A stretch of 32,000 bases of DNA from Microcystis aeruginosa NIES-2549. GTDB taxonomy: Bacteria; Cyanobacteriota; Cyanobacteriia; Cyanobacteriales; Microcystaceae. Each line of letters begins with the position of its first letter. Position 1 is the first letter of the stretch. Shown piece by piece: positions 1 to 9,520 of the stretch. The notes under the pieces are model-generated. The model did not search any database. It saw only the letters and a program-made list of their open reading frames with translations, and was not told the DNA's origin. Location: assembly GCF_000981785.2 (NCBI RefSeq), contig NZ_CP011304.1, positions 3,210,001-3,242,000 of the forward strand. The letters run 5' to 3'. Position numbers and translations under genes: made by a program.

Positions 1-1604
1 TCCGACATTCCCAGACGCGTTACCATCTGTCGGGCCAGATAGGTAATTTTTTCAATATCATTACCAGCACCGGTGGTCACTTCATCCTCACCGAAGACAC
101 ATTCCTCCGCCACCCGTCCCCCTAATAATCCCGCAATTCGGGCCAATAACTGGGAACGACTGGTTAAACCCTGTTCCTCATCGGGAGTGAACCAAGTTAA
201 CCCCTGCGCTTGACCTCGGGGAATCAGGGTAACTTTTTCCACTTGATCGTGACCGGGACAGAGAGTACCGACAATCGCATGGCCGACTTCATGATAGGCG
301 ATCAAACGCTTGGCTTTACTATCAACTAAAGCGCGCCCTTCCATACCGGCCACAATCCGATCAATCGCATCGTTGACTTCCTCCATGGTAATCGCCTCTT
401 TCCGTCTTCTAGCGGTAAAAATCGCTGCTTCGTTGAGCATATTAGCCAAATCTGCCCCAGTAAAACCGGGGGTGCGACGGGCGATCGCCTCCAAAGCCAC
501 ATCGGCAGCCACCTTTTTATCGCGAGAATGGACCTCTAAAATGCCCAAACGTCCCTTAAAATCTGGATAATCCACCACCACCTGTCGGTCAAAACGACCC
601 GGACGCAGCAAGGCCGAATCCAAAACATCAGGCCTGTTGGTGGCGGCAATGACGATAATGCCAGTATTTCCCTCAAAACCGTCCATTTCCGTCAATAATT
701 GGTTCAGGGTTTGTTCCCGTTCATCATTACCTCCCCCATAACCGATCCCTCTTTGACGACCAACGGCATCAATTTCATCGATAAAAACCAAACAAGGGGC
801 ATTTTCCTGGGCTTTTCGGAACAAATCTCGCACTCGCGACGCACCAACCCCGACAAACATCTCGACAAATTCCGACCCGGAGATGCTGAAAAAAGGCACT
901 CCCGCCTCTCCTGCGATCGCTTTAGCCAGCAAAGTTTTCCCCGTCCCCGGGGGACCAATTAACAGGACTCCCTTGGGGATTTTTGCGCCAATAGCCGTAA
1001 ATTTTTCCGGTTGTTTGAGGAATGTTACTACTTCCTGTAGATCTTCCTTGGCCTCATCCACACCCTCCACATCATTGAATTGTATGCCAGTTTTCGCCTC
1101 CATCTGAAACCGCGCCCTTGATTTACCGAAGTTCATCGCTTGACCGGAAGCATTGGCAGAACGACGGATAATAAACACCAATAATCCCAAGACGAGAATA
1201 ATCACTAACAGGTTAGTGAGAACATTGATCAAGGCCGAATTGTCAGTGCTGGGGAGAATGCCGTACTCAATTTTTTCAGCATCGAGTTTCTTGATTAATT
1301 CGGGATTTTGGTCAAATAAATTGACTTCTTTCGGGGGATCCTTATCCGTTTGACCGACGAGGGTAACTGCTGCCTGCTGCAAAGAAGGATTGATTTCCAC
1401 CTTTTTTACCTTGCCTTGGTCAATCTTCTCTAACAATTCACCGTAGGTGAGGGTATTTGGGTTTTTTTGACTCCAAGCAGGAGTGACATGGCCAAAGGTT
1501 TGCAGAATCATCCAAGTGCTGACAATCCCTTTCCATACTTGCCGATTACCACGATTCTTAGCTGACTTGGCTCTAACTACGATGAGCGGAGATTTTTGAT
1601 CCAT
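1..1604 (-). CDS. ftsH: ATP-dependent zinc metalloprotease FtsH (N-terminal ~534 codons; C-terminus runs off the left window edge)
   Basis: Absent from the ORF track because it is open at the window edge. The reverse complement reads [10 protein letters not shown]..., then a TM segment ([18 protein letters not shown]), Walker A ([23 protein letters not shown]), Walker B region ([17 protein letters not shown]), the second region of homology ([21 protein letters not shown]) and the zinc site AYHEVGHA, ending ...[19 protein letters not shown] at base 1. ATG at 1604-1602. The plus-strand ORFs 310-1353 are its shadows. Confidence 0.95.
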   Translation of the reverse strand, partial: MDQKSPLIVVRAKSAKNRGNRQVWKGIVSTWMILQTFGHVTPAWSQKNPNTLTYGELLEKIDQGKVKKVEINPSLQQAAVTLVGQTDKDPPKEVNLFDQNPELIKKLDAEKIEYGILPSTDNSALINVLTNLLVIILVLGLLVFIIRRSANASGQAMNFGKSRARFQMEAKTGIQFNDVEGVDEAKEDLQEVVTFLKQPEKFTAIGAKIPKGVLLIGPPGTGKTLLAKAIAGEAGVPFFSISGSEFVEMFVGVGASRVRDLFRKAQENAPCLVFIDEIDAVGRQRGIGYGGGNDEREQTLNQLLTEMDGFEGNTGIIVIAATNRPDVLDSALLRPGRFDRQVVVDYPDFKGRLGILEVHSRDKKVAADVALEAIARRTPGFTGADLANMLNEAAIFTARRRKEAITMEEVNDAIDRIVAGMEGRALVDSKAKRLIAYHEVGHAIVGTLCPGHDQVEKVTLIPRGQAQGLTWFTPDEEQGLTSRSQLLARIAGLLGGRVAEECVFGEDEVTTGAGNDIEKITYLARQMVTRLGMS

Positions 1605-1723
1605 AATTGACTCTATATCTAGTTACCCTGTATTCATTGTGACAGATCGACTCGATCGTGACCACTGTTCTGTTTTTGCCCCGGCACGACCCTGAGGGCA
1701 AATAGTGATGACGGTTTTTTGCT

Positions 1724-1729
1724 ATACTG
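1724..1729 (+). promoter_or_regulatory. candidate -10 hexamer TATACT upstream of the rimP leader
   Basis: TATACT sits about 90 nt upstream of the rimP ATG in the ftsH/rimP divergent intergenic region. No convincing -35 was found. Sequence pattern only. Confidence 0.25.
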
Positions 1730-1783
1730 TATTCAGCTAGGTGGTCTAACCACTGCCTATCCCAATCACTAACAGTTTAGGGA

Positions 1784-1807
1784 AGTGGGTTTCGCCCGCT
1801 TTTTTTA
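1784..1807 (+). terminator. intrinsic-terminator-like hairpin plus T-run in the rimP leader (possible attenuator)
   Basis: AGTGGG-TTTCG-CCCGCT forms a 6-bp stem (one G-U pair) and is followed by TTTTTTTA. It ends 12 nt before the rimP ATG at 1819. Confidence 0.4.
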
Positions 1808-1818
1808 TTGTCCAAATC

Positions 1819-2289
1819 ATGACCCATCCGCTCATTCCCGACCTGCTGCACCTAGCCACCCCTATCGCTGAAAACTTGGGGCTAGAAGTGGTCGATATCG
1901 TTTTTCAAACCAATAAAAGGCCTCCCGTCCTGCGCGTCGATATTCGCAATCTTGCGGGAGATACTGGTTTAGAGGACTGTGAGCAGATGAGTCGGGCCCT
2001 AGAAACCGCCCTCGACAGTCAAGAAATCTTACCCGGGGCCTACGTTTTAGAAATATCTAGCCCTGGCATTTCTCGACAACTGAGCAGCGAGCGCGAATTT
2101 CAGTCTTTTAAAGGTTTTCCCGTCATCGTTACTGGCCAGGATAGCCAGGGAAAATCGCAAGAATGGCGCGGAAAACTGCAAGGTAGAGATGAGCAATCTA
2201 TTTATCTTAACCAAAAAGGTCGCTCCCTGACCATCGATCGCACTACCGTCATCAGCGTCCGTTTAGATGAGCAGCGCAATAATCAGTAA
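1819..2289 (+). CDS. rimP: ribosome maturation factor RimP
   Basis: 156 aa with a RimP-like N-terminus (IAENLGLEVVDIVFQ..PVLRVDI) and LEISSPGI. It is the first gene of the conserved rimP-nusA-ylxR-infB order. Confidence 0.9.
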   Translation: MTHPLIPDLLHLATPIAENLGLEVVDIVFQTNKRPPVLRVDIRNLAGDTGLEDCEQMSRALETALDSQEILPGAYVLEISSPGISRQLSSEREFQSFKGFPVIVTGQDSQGKSQEWRGKLQGRDEQSIYLNQKGRSLTIDRTTVISVRLDEQRNNQ

Positions 2290-2318
2290 ACAGTAATCAG
2301 TGATCAGTAAACAGTGAT
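2284..2318. repeat. heptanucleotide tandem repeat CAGT(A/G)A(A/T), 5 units, overlapping the rimP stop codon
   Basis: cagtaaa cagtaat cagtgat cagtaaa cagtgat, read directly. The same unit family recurs at 27013-27061. Confidence 0.9.
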
Positions 2319-2373
2319 CAGGGATAAGGATGAAGATAAATAACTCACTAACTGATTAACTTAAAACTTACAT

Positions 2374-2415
2374 CTGATAACTGATAACTGATAACTGATA
2401 ACTGATAACTGATAA
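2374..2415. repeat. perfect heptanucleotide tandem repeat (CTGATAA)x6
   Basis: Six exact head-to-tail copies read directly. The reverse-complement unit occurs at 7148-7175. Confidence 0.95.
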
Positions 2416-2465
2416 GCTGACGGCTAAAAAAACTAATAACTCAAAAGTAAGGAGAAAAAATAACT

Positions 2466-3662
2466 ATGGCTACTGTTAATTTGCCTGGGTTAAAAATAAT
2501 GCTCGAAGAAATTAGCCAACGACATAATCTGCCCAAAAATGCCGTACAGGAAGCCTTGCGTGAGGCACTTCTCAAGGGTTATGAACGTTATCGACGCGCC
2601 CAAAGTTTAGAAAAAGCCGCTCAATTCCATGAAGATTATTTCAATAACTTTGATGTGGAATTAGACGTAGAAGAAGAAGGCTTTCGCATCCTTTCTACAA
2701 AAACTATTGTCGAAGAAGTGACTAATCCCGACCATCACATCGGTCTCAAAGAAGTGCAAGAAGTGGCCGATGAGGCCCAATTAGGGGATGAAGTAGTTCT
2801 GGATGTCACCCCCGACCAAAAAGAATTTGGTCGCATGGCGGCGATTCAAACTAAACAGGTTTTACTGCAAAAACTGCGGGATAACCAACGTAAATTGATT
2901 CAAGAGGAGTTCCAAGATCTGGAAGGAACCGTTTTACAGGCCCGGGTCGTCCGTTTTGAAAGACAGGCCGCTATTGTCATGGTACAAAGCACCTACGGTC
3001 AACCGGAAGTGGAAGCAGAACTACCCAAACGGGAACAACTGCCCAACGATAACTATCGCGCCAACGCCACCTTTAAAGTGCTGCTCAAAAAAGTCCTGGA
3101 AGGTTCTCACCGCGGCCCGCAATTAATCGTTTCCAGAGCGGCGGCGGGTTTGGTAGTATATCTGTTCGCTAACGAAGTTCCCGAAATCGAGGAGGAAATC
3201 GTGCGGATTGTCGCCGTCGCTCGAGAAGCCAATCCCCCCTCCCGTCACGTTGGTTCGCGCACAAAAATCGCCGTCGATACCTTAGAGAGAGACGTGGATC
3301 CGGTTGGGGCTTGTATTGGGGCTAGAGGTTCGCGGATTCAAGCCGTGGTGAACGAATTGCGGGGCGAAAAAATCGACGTGATTCGCTGGTCTCCAGATCC
3401 CGCCACCTACATCGCCAATGCCCTTAGTCCCGCCCGTATTGACCAAGTTTTGTTCACTAATGCCGAAGAAAGACAAGCACTGGTACTGGTTGCCCAGGAT
3501 CAATTAAGTTTAGCGATTGGTAAAGAAGGACAGAACGTGCGTTTAGCCGCCCGTCTGACGGGCTGGAAAATCGATATTAAGGATATAGCCCTCTATAAAG
3601 GCGAACAAGAGGTAAAAACCGATGAAAACGACTCAGAATATCAGGATTTAGACCGAGAATGA
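2466..3662 (+). CDS. nusA: transcription termination/antitermination factor NusA
   Basis: 398 aa with an S1-like region (GTVLQARVVRFERQAAIVMV) and KH motifs (PVGACIGARGSRIQAVVNELRGEKIDVI; LSLAIGKEGQNVRLAARLTGWKIDI). AAGGAG lies upstream of the ATG. Confidence 0.95.
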   Translation: MATVNLPGLKIMLEEISQRHNLPKNAVQEALREALLKGYERYRRAQSLEKAAQFHEDYFNNFDVELDVEEEGFRILSTKTIVEEVTNPDHHIGLKEVQEVADEAQLGDEVVLDVTPDQKEFGRMAAIQTKQVLLQKLRDNQRKLIQEEFQDLEGTVLQARVVRFERQAAIVMVQSTYGQPEVEAELPKREQLPNDNYRANATFKVLLKKVLEGSHRGPQLIVSRAAAGLVVYLFANEVPEIEEEIVRIVAVAREANPPSRHVGSRTKIAVDTLERDVDPVGACIGARGSRIQAVVNELRGEKIDVIRWSPDPATYIANALSPARIDQVLFTNAEERQALVLVAQDQLSLAIGKEGQNVRLAARLTGWKIDIKDIALYKGEQEVKTDENDSEYQDLDRE

Positions 3663-3940
3663 ATCCCTTCGTCAATTATCGACGCTGTATTAGCTGCCGT
3701 CTCTTCGCCCCAAAAGAATCTTTTTGGCGAATTGTCCGACTACACCCGTCCGGACAGATACAATTAGATCAAGGCATGGGCAGGGCCGCCTATATCTGTC
3801 CGCAGCCCCACTGTCTGCAACTAGCTCGGCAAAAAAATCGTCTCGGACGCGCCCTAAAAGCCAATATTCCCGAAAAGATCTATGAGTCCTTGCAAGAGCG
3901 ACTCGGGCCCGCCGGGCAATTCAGACCAAATCAGGATTAA
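3659..3940 (+). CDS. ylxR: YlxR/RnpM-family (DUF448) RNA-binding protein
   Basis: 93 aa with RRCISCR...GRAAYICP, typical of YlxR. Its ATG overlaps the nusA stop (ATGA), and it holds the conserved position between nusA and infB. Confidence 0.85.
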   Translation: MNPFVNYRRCISCRLFAPKESFWRIVRLHPSGQIQLDQGMGRAAYICPQPHCLQLARQKNRLGRALKANIPEKIYESLQERLGPAGQFRPNQD

Positions 3941-4052
3941 AATTGACGATCATAGCCACAAAATCGTTAGCATAGGAATGGGGCAGTCTTGACAGGATAA
4001 AAAAATCAGCCAACTTATTAGGATCACTAACACTTTAGCCGGGGGATAATGG

Positions 4053-7000
4053 ATGAGTAACACGAAAGTCAGAATTTACGATTTATCAAAAGAATTGAAT
4101 CTAGACAACAAAGACATTTTGGACATCTGTGACCAGTTGAACATCGAGTACAAGAGCCACAGTAGCACGATCAGCGAAGAGGAAGCCCAACGCATCAAGG
4201 CGATCGCCGCGAAGGGAGTTACCTCGGGTATCAGTAAAAATAGCACGGGTCAGCGAGAATCGGCTAGTCCTGCCGAAGAAAAAAAACAAAAGATTTTAGC
4301 CCTGCATAAACACAACCGCCCCGAAACCGGCGAAGATGGGCTAACCTATCCCGGTTCGGTCGGTTCCTCGGCCAAACCGACTTTAATCAGTCCCCCTCGT
4401 CCCCCGGTTAAACCCCTTGTCGCTCCCCCGGGGCGCGACGCTGTGGCCGAAAAAACTCCCCCCACCGCTGCGGAGATGCCATCTCAGGCCCCCAGTGTTA
4501 AAGAAACCCCGACCGAAACCCCGCTAGTGCCAGAAGTATCCCCCACCTTAATCGCGCCCCCTAATCGACCCTCCCTCACCCCGAAACCACGCCCGGGCAG
4601 CGCCTCGGACCGGCCAGAACCCCGACCTAAAAATGCCCCTGGCAGTAACGACAGGCCTCCTTGCCCTGAGCCAAGTCGAAGGGGGGGAGAAAAACGCGAG
4701 CGCGGCGAGAGCGAAAACGCCCCTAGTCCTGAGCGCAGGGTTAGCTTGGCTAAACCAGAAAAACCGACCCTCAACCGCAAACCCGACGGAAAAAGCCCGA
4801 AACTGGCGGAACCAGCTAGAGAAGTGCGGGAGACGGCGGAATTGAAGCGCCCGGTTCGCCCTGGTATGCCCGCTAAAATCTCGGCTACTGGCGAGGAAGA
4901 AACCGACACCACCAAGAAATCCGGTGTTGATGGCACAGAAATCGATACAGATACCGGATTGCTCGGAGCAGACGGACCCAAAAAACTCAAACGACCGACC
5001 ATGCCCCCTCGCATGGCCAAAAAATCTACCTGGGAAGAAGAAGAAGAAGAAGAGAAAAAAGCGGCCAAAACTGCCAAAACTGCCGGCAAAAACAAACGCC
5101 GCACCCAAGCCCTCTTTGAAGATGATGATGATCTAGAATCGGAACTATCCGGGTTAATTAATACCCCCAGTTTTACCCTTTCCACCGCTCGTCCCCCCAA
5201 ACCGCCCAGCGCTAAAGCAACCACCCCCGGCACCCCAACAGCAGTCAAAGTTAAGCGCCCCAGTAAACCAACCGCCCACACCGGCAGCCCGAAAAGCGAG
5301 CGCCAAGAACCCCAAGAGGAAAAACGCCCGGAAAGCATCATCATCACTGGTAGTCTAACCGTGCGCGACCTCTCGGAATTGATGAAAGTCCCCGAAACCG
5401 AGATCATCAGAACCCTATTTTTTAAAGGGATGGCGGTTAATATCACCCAAACTCTCGACGTGGACACGATCGAAATGATCGCCAGGGACTTCGAGATGAC
5501 CGTGGAAACCCCCAGCACCCAGTCGGCGGCGATCAAAACCACGGAAATGATCGATGTCTCCGACTGGGAAAGTCTCCAGCGTCGTCCCCCCGTCGTCACC
5601 ATTATGGGTCACGTTGACCACGGTAAAACCACTCTCCTCGACTCGATCCGCAAAACCAAAGTCGCCCAGGGGGAAGCCGGCGGCATCACCCAGCATATCG
5701 GTGCTTACCACGTCGATGTGGAACATAACGGCAAACCGGAACAGATTGTCTTTTTGGATACCCCCGGCCACGAAGCTTTTACCGCCATGCGGGCCCGCGG
5801 GGCGAGAGTCACCGATATAGCGGTGCTGGTGGTGGCCGCCGATGATGGCGTACAACCCCAAACGAAAGAGGCAATCAGTCACGCCAGGGCCGCCGAAGTC
5901 CCCATCGTGGTGGCGATTAACAAAGTCGATAAACCCTCGGCTAACCCCGACCGGATTAAACAGGAATTGACCGAACAGGGACTGGTGGCCGAAGATTGGG
6001 GCGGTGAGACGATCATGGTTCCCGTTAGCGCCCTGCGGGGTGAAAATCTCGATAATCTGCTGGAAATGATCCTCTTGGTGGCAGAAGTAGAGGAATTGGT
6101 CGCTAACCCCGATCGCCTGGCCAAGGGAACCGTCATCGAAGCTAACCTCGATCGCACCAAAGGTCCCGTGGCTACCCTGCTCGTCCAGAATGGCACTCTC
6201 CGCGTCGGTGATAGCATCGTCGCTGGTTCCGTTTTCGGCAAAATTCGGGCCATGATCGATGATCGCGGTCAAAAAGTCGAAGCGGCCACCCCCTCCTTCG
6301 CCGTGGAAATCCTCGGTCTTAGTGATGTCCCGGCCGCCGGCGATGAATTCGATGTCTACGAAAGTGAGAAAGAGGCCCGGTCGATCGCTGATCAACGGGC
6401 GATCGAACAACGCAACACCCGTTTACAACAGGCCCTCTCCTCCCGTCGCGTTAGCCTTAGCACCCTCTCTATCCAAGCTCAAGAAGGACAACTCAAGGAA
6501 CTTAATCTCATCCTCAAGGCAGATGTGCAAGGTTCCGTCGAGGCCATCCTCGGTGCGCTTAAACAGTTACCCCAAAACGAAGTGCAGATTCGCGTTCTCC
6601 TCGCCTCTCCGGGGGAAATCACCGAAACCGATGTGGATCTGGCCGCCGCTAGTGGTGCGGTGGTGGTGGGCTTTAATACCACCCTGGCCAGTGGGGCCAG
6701 GGCTGCCGCCGATCGGGAAGGAGTAGATATCCGCGATTACAATATCATCTACAAGCTCCTCGATGATATTCAAGGGGCGATGGAAGGTCTTCTCGACCCC
6801 GAAGAAGTGGAAGAACACCTCGGTTTCGCCGAAGTGCGTGCCGTCTTCACCGTCGGCCGGGGAGCCGTGGCGGGCTGTTATGTCCAATCTGGTAAACTGG
6901 TGCGGAATCGCTTCCTGCGCGTGCGTCGCGGCAAGGAAATTGTTTATCAGGGAGTTCTCGATTCCCTCAAACGGATGAAGGAAGATGCCCGGGAAGTAGC

Positions 7001-7109
7001 CACCGGTTTCGAGTGCGGTGTCGGTGTTTCTAAATTCAATGACTGGAAAGAAGGCGACATTATCGAAGCCTACGAAATGGTCATGAAACGCCGCACTTTA
7101 TCCAGTTAA
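4053..7109 (+). CDS. infB: translation initiation factor IF-2
   Basis: 1018 aa with a long P/E/K-rich N-terminal low-complexity region, then the GTPase motifs [20 protein letters not shown] and NKVD, and the IF-2 C-terminal domains. Confidence 0.97.
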   Translation: MSNTKVRIYDLSKELNLDNKDILDICDQLNIEYKSHSSTISEEEAQRIKAIAAKGVTSGISKNSTGQRESASPAEEKKQKILALHKHNRPETGEDGLTYPGSVGSSAKPTLISPPRPPVKPLVAPPGRDAVAEKTPPTAAEMPSQAPSVKETPTETPLVPEVSPTLIAPPNRPSLTPKPRPGSASDRPEPRPKNAPGSNDRPPCPEPSRRGGEKRERGESENAPSPERRVSLAKPEKPTLNRKPDGKSPKLAEPAREVRETAELKRPVRPGMPAKISATGEEETDTTKKSGVDGTEIDTDTGLLGADGPKKLKRPTMPPRMAKKSTWEEEEEEEKKAAKTAKTAGKNKRRTQALFEDDDDLESELSGLINTPSFTLSTARPPKPPSAKATTPGTPTAVKVKRPSKPTAHTGSPKSERQEPQEEKRPESIIITGSLTVRDLSELMKVPETEIIRTLFFKGMAVNITQTLDVDTIEMIARDFEMTVETPSTQSAAIKTTEMIDVSDWESLQRRPPVVTIMGHVDHGKTTLLDSIRKTKVAQGEAGGITQHIGAYHVDVEHNGKPEQIVFLDTPGHEAFTAMRARGARVTDIAVLVVAADDGVQPQTKEAISHARAAEVPIVVAINKVDKPSANPDRIKQELTEQGLVAEDWGGETIMVPVSALRGENLDNLLEMILLVAEVEELVANPDRLAKGTVIEANLDRTKGPVATLLVQNGTLRVGDSIVAGSVFGKIRAMIDDRGQKVEAATPSFAVEILGLSDVPAAGDEFDVYESEKEARSIADQRAIEQRNTRLQQALSSRRVSLSTLSIQAQEGQLKELNLILKADVQGSVEAILGALKQLPQNEVQIRVLLASPGEITETDVDLAAASGAVVVGFNTTLASGARAAADREGVDIRDYNIIYKLLDDIQGAMEGLLDPEEVEEHLGFAEVRAVFTVGRGAVAGCYVQSGKLVRNRFLRVRRGKEIVYQGVLDSLKRMKEDAREVATGFECGVGVSKFNDWKEGDIIEAYEMVMKRRTLSS

Positions 7110-7123
7110 TTACACTTGAACCG

Positions 7124-7241
7124 TCGGGAGTCGGGAGTCAGCCTTAAATCAGTTATCAGTTATCAGTTATCAGTCATAATTCCCCCACTCCCCCACTCCC
7201 CCATCTCCCCACTTCATAATTCATAATTCATAATTTATAAT
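7124..7241. repeat. composite block of four different short tandem repeats downstream of infB
   Basis: (TCGGGAG)x2 at 7124-7137; (ATCAGTT)x3 plus ATCAGTC at 7148-7175; the octamer TCCCCCAC x2 plus two variants at 7181-7212; (TCATAAT)x3 plus TTATAAT at 7214-7241. Confidence 0.9.
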
Positions 7242-7255
7242 TCTCATTTCCCTCT

Positions 7256-7825
7256 ATGAAATCAGAACCTTTTTTGTGGATTCATCTGGCAGGGTTAGCG
7301 GCTTTGCCAATCTTTTTACAAATCGCTTGGATTGGTTTAGCTGTGGGTGATCCCTTGCCTTTTCTTTGGCTAGAATGGCTATTTCTGGGAGCGATCGCCA
7401 TCGTCCCCGTTTTTTGGATGCAGTGGACAAAACCTTTTGATATCTTTAGTCTTTTGTTGGTCGCTCTGAAACCGAGTCAACTCACCCCCGAACAGTTAAA
7501 AATTCTCTCTCTTTTTCAACGTCCTCGCCATCGTCTTCTTACTCTTTTGGGAGTCCTCCTCCTAATTCTCATCGCTTGGCCCATCTATAATTTTGCCCCT
7601 CTAGCGGCTGCCGTGGCCGCCTATCTCCCCCAATGGCGGCTTTTAGGTTTAGCAATCGCTGGGATCGCTCTCCTCTTAAGTCACCTATTTCTACAGGTTC
7701 CTCTGAGTGTTCTGGGGGTTTTAGCCACGAAGGAAAGTGACTGGACAGCCACCGAAGCTTTAGTTATTGAGCGCATTCCTGAGTTATTTACCATTGTTGG
7801 TCTAAAAGTTAATAAAATTATCTAA
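7256..7825 (+). CDS. multi-pass membrane protein of unknown function (conserved-cyanobacterial type)
   Basis: 189 aa with at least four long hydrophobic segments (FLWIHLAGLAALPIFLQIAWIGLAV, etc.) and GC content like the backbone. No enzymatic motif recognised. Confidence 0.55.
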   Translation: MKSEPFLWIHLAGLAALPIFLQIAWIGLAVGDPLPFLWLEWLFLGAIAIVPVFWMQWTKPFDIFSLLLVALKPSQLTPEQLKILSLFQRPRHRLLTLLGVLLLILIAWPIYNFAPLAAAVAAYLPQWRLLGLAIAGIALLLSHLFLQVPLSVLGVLATKESDWTATEALVIERIPELFTIVGLKVNKII

Positions 7826-7851
7826 ATTAGCCAAAATGCCGACAATTTCGC

Positions 7852-8580
7852 CTAGGAATGCCAGATTGATCGCCCGTTTAAGGGTTGAATATTCCTCGCA
7901 TTACTCGGAAAAATCACGGCCAATTGTTGCAGTTGTTGGGGAGAAATTTCGATCGCATTTTGCCAGACTAACCAGAGAACATCCTCGCTACAGGGGGGAG
8001 TGGACAAAGACCCCCGATATTCATAAAAACCGCTATTTTCCGGCAGTAAAAGCCCAGCATTGACCCAAGTATCGGGGATAATCATTTCAGGAGAAGGTTC
8101 TTGGGGCAAATAATCCCAAATGGTTTGTAAATAGGGATTAAAAGCGCCGATTTCGGCTAAAATGCCCACAACTGCTAAATTTCCCCTCTCATTCCCATGC
8201 ACTAAATGAATTTCCAGAGGGAAAGACTGACCTTTAATCCGATGTTCGCTGGGGTGATGAAAATGGAACTGCAATAAATGCCAGTTTTCGCCGTGAAAAC
8301 TCATGTTTCCACCTTTTTCGGTCTGAACTAAGATTGTACGACCGTTATGGCGAATTTTTAGGGGTACAGGACGATAATTAAAGGTGGGGTGGTATAGCTC
8401 TTTTTCAGACACTATACTCAGATCGATCGGTGTTTGTTGCTTTCCCGTAGTGCAGAGGCGATAATTCCTTGATAATTCGCCCCAATGGTCAATATTTTGA
8501 TAATTCCAAGCAAATTCTGGATTAATAGCCCCAAAAAGAGCCTGAGAGCCTATAAATTGCAGTAATTCTCGTCTATACAT
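7852..8580 (-). CDS. ecaA: alpha-class carbonic anhydrase, probably exported
   Basis: Contains QTPIDL, the zinc ligands in LLQFHFHHPSEH and PLEIHLVH, and YEYRGSLSTPPCSE. The N-terminal YRRELLQF resembles a twin-arginine signal. Confidence 0.9.
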   Translation of the reverse strand: MYRRELLQFIGSQALFGAINPEFAWNYQNIDHWGELSRNYRLCTTGKQQTPIDLSIVSEKELYHPTFNYRPVPLKIRHNGRTILVQTEKGGNMSFHGENWHLLQFHFHHPSEHRIKGQSFPLEIHLVHGNERGNLAVVGILAEIGAFNPYLQTIWDYLPQEPSPEMIIPDTWVNAGLLLPENSGFYEYRGSLSTPPCSEDVLWLVWQNAIEISPQQLQQLAVIFPSNARNIQPLNGRSIWHS

Positions 8581-8608
8581 GGGATTAAATCTAGCAATTA
8601 TCAGATAA

Positions 8609-9340
8609 TCAGAAATTTTCTTGGGGATTTATGCCCAATTCCCGCAGTTTAGCCGCTAATTTTGCGGCTTTCTGCCTTTCCTGTTGGACTTGATTTTCTG
8701 CTTCTACAGCCCGATTTTCTGCCTGTTGTGCCGCTTCTGCGGGAGTGGGTACTAATTCGCCTTCGGGGGTAAAATAGCGCAATTTATTGGCAGCTAAACC
8801 CAAATATAAGCCTAATTGTTGACTCCAGAGCCATCCCTGCGGATTGGGAGCAATCGGTTGATATTGACCGCTAATTAGGGTAAATCCTTGAAATTCTAAG
8901 CTTTCTGGGTCAAACCAAAAATAATCGGGAGTGCGAAATATATCTTGATAAATTTGTTTTTTCTCCTCTCGGTCAACTTTGGCGGTACTATCGGAGAGAA
9001 TTTCGATAATTAAATTGGGATATTTACCCTCTTCTTGCCAAACTACCCAACTTCTGCGGTTGGGATTGGGATTTGTCCCCAAAACGACGAAAAAATCGGG
9101 ACCACGGCAGAATTCTGGCTTTTTCTGGTTGGGACTGTAATAAATGGTTAAATTGCCGGCGGCAAAATAATCTTCTCGCTCGCGCCACCACCATTCTAAA
9201 CACTGAATTAATAAAATAATTTGTTGTAGATGTAGGTTACTTTCCAAAGGGGGTTCATCACTCCAAAATTCCCCTTCTGGGAAGATTATCTCAGGGTTTA
9301 CATGAGACTCGACTAGGGGTAAGCTTTGAGCGATAGTCAT
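8609..9340 (-). CDS. Uma2-family (DUF820) PD-(D/E)xK endonuclease with C-terminal coiled-coil tail
   Basis: The motifs PDFFVV...SWVVWQEEGKYPNLIIEILSDST...K..IY...PDYFWFDP are typical of cyanobacterial Uma2 proteins. The tail reads AENRAVEAENQ...LAAKLRELGINP. Confidence 0.8.
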   Translation of the reverse strand: MTIAQSLPLVESHVNPEIIFPEGEFWSDEPPLESNLHLQQIILLIQCLEWWWREREDYFAAGNLTIYYSPNQKKPEFCRGPDFFVVLGTNPNPNRRSWVVWQEEGKYPNLIIEILSDSTAKVDREEKKQIYQDIFRTPDYFWFDPESLEFQGFTLISGQYQPIAPNPQGWLWSQQLGLYLGLAANKLRYFTPEGELVPTPAEAAQQAENRAVEAENQVQQERQKAAKLAAKLRELGINPQENF

Positions 9341-9520
9341 GGTTTTCCAACAGAGATAGGTTGATAATTAATTATAAACTAAATTTGTTACAGCAGTTAG
9401 CAATCAGTCCTCAGCCCTTAACTATTTCACTGTAGATTTATCAATGTTTTAACCTTGCGAATCAGTGCTATTTTTGGGAAGTTGTTGATATTTTTTCTAT
9501 TCGATTTGACTAAACTAGAG

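Noticed and set aside
310-1353. Plus-strand ORFs 310-570, 699-962, 883-1107 and 1153-1353, and minus-strand ORF 704-958
   Set aside because: All lie inside the clearly readable minus-strand ftsH frame. Their translations are low-complexity shadows with no motifs.
4101-6978. Many long antisense or alternate-frame ORFs within infB (e.g. 4484-5602 minus, 5415-6410 minus, 6259-6726 plus)
   Set aside because: These are typical shadow ORFs of a GC-rich, stop-poor gene. Their translations are Arg/Gly/Ser-rich nonsense, whereas the IF-2 frame carries all the GTPase motifs.
7836-8063. 75-aa plus-strand ORF
   Set aside because: It overlaps the 3-prime part of the well-supported alpha-carbonic anhydrase gene on the opposite strand and has no motifs.
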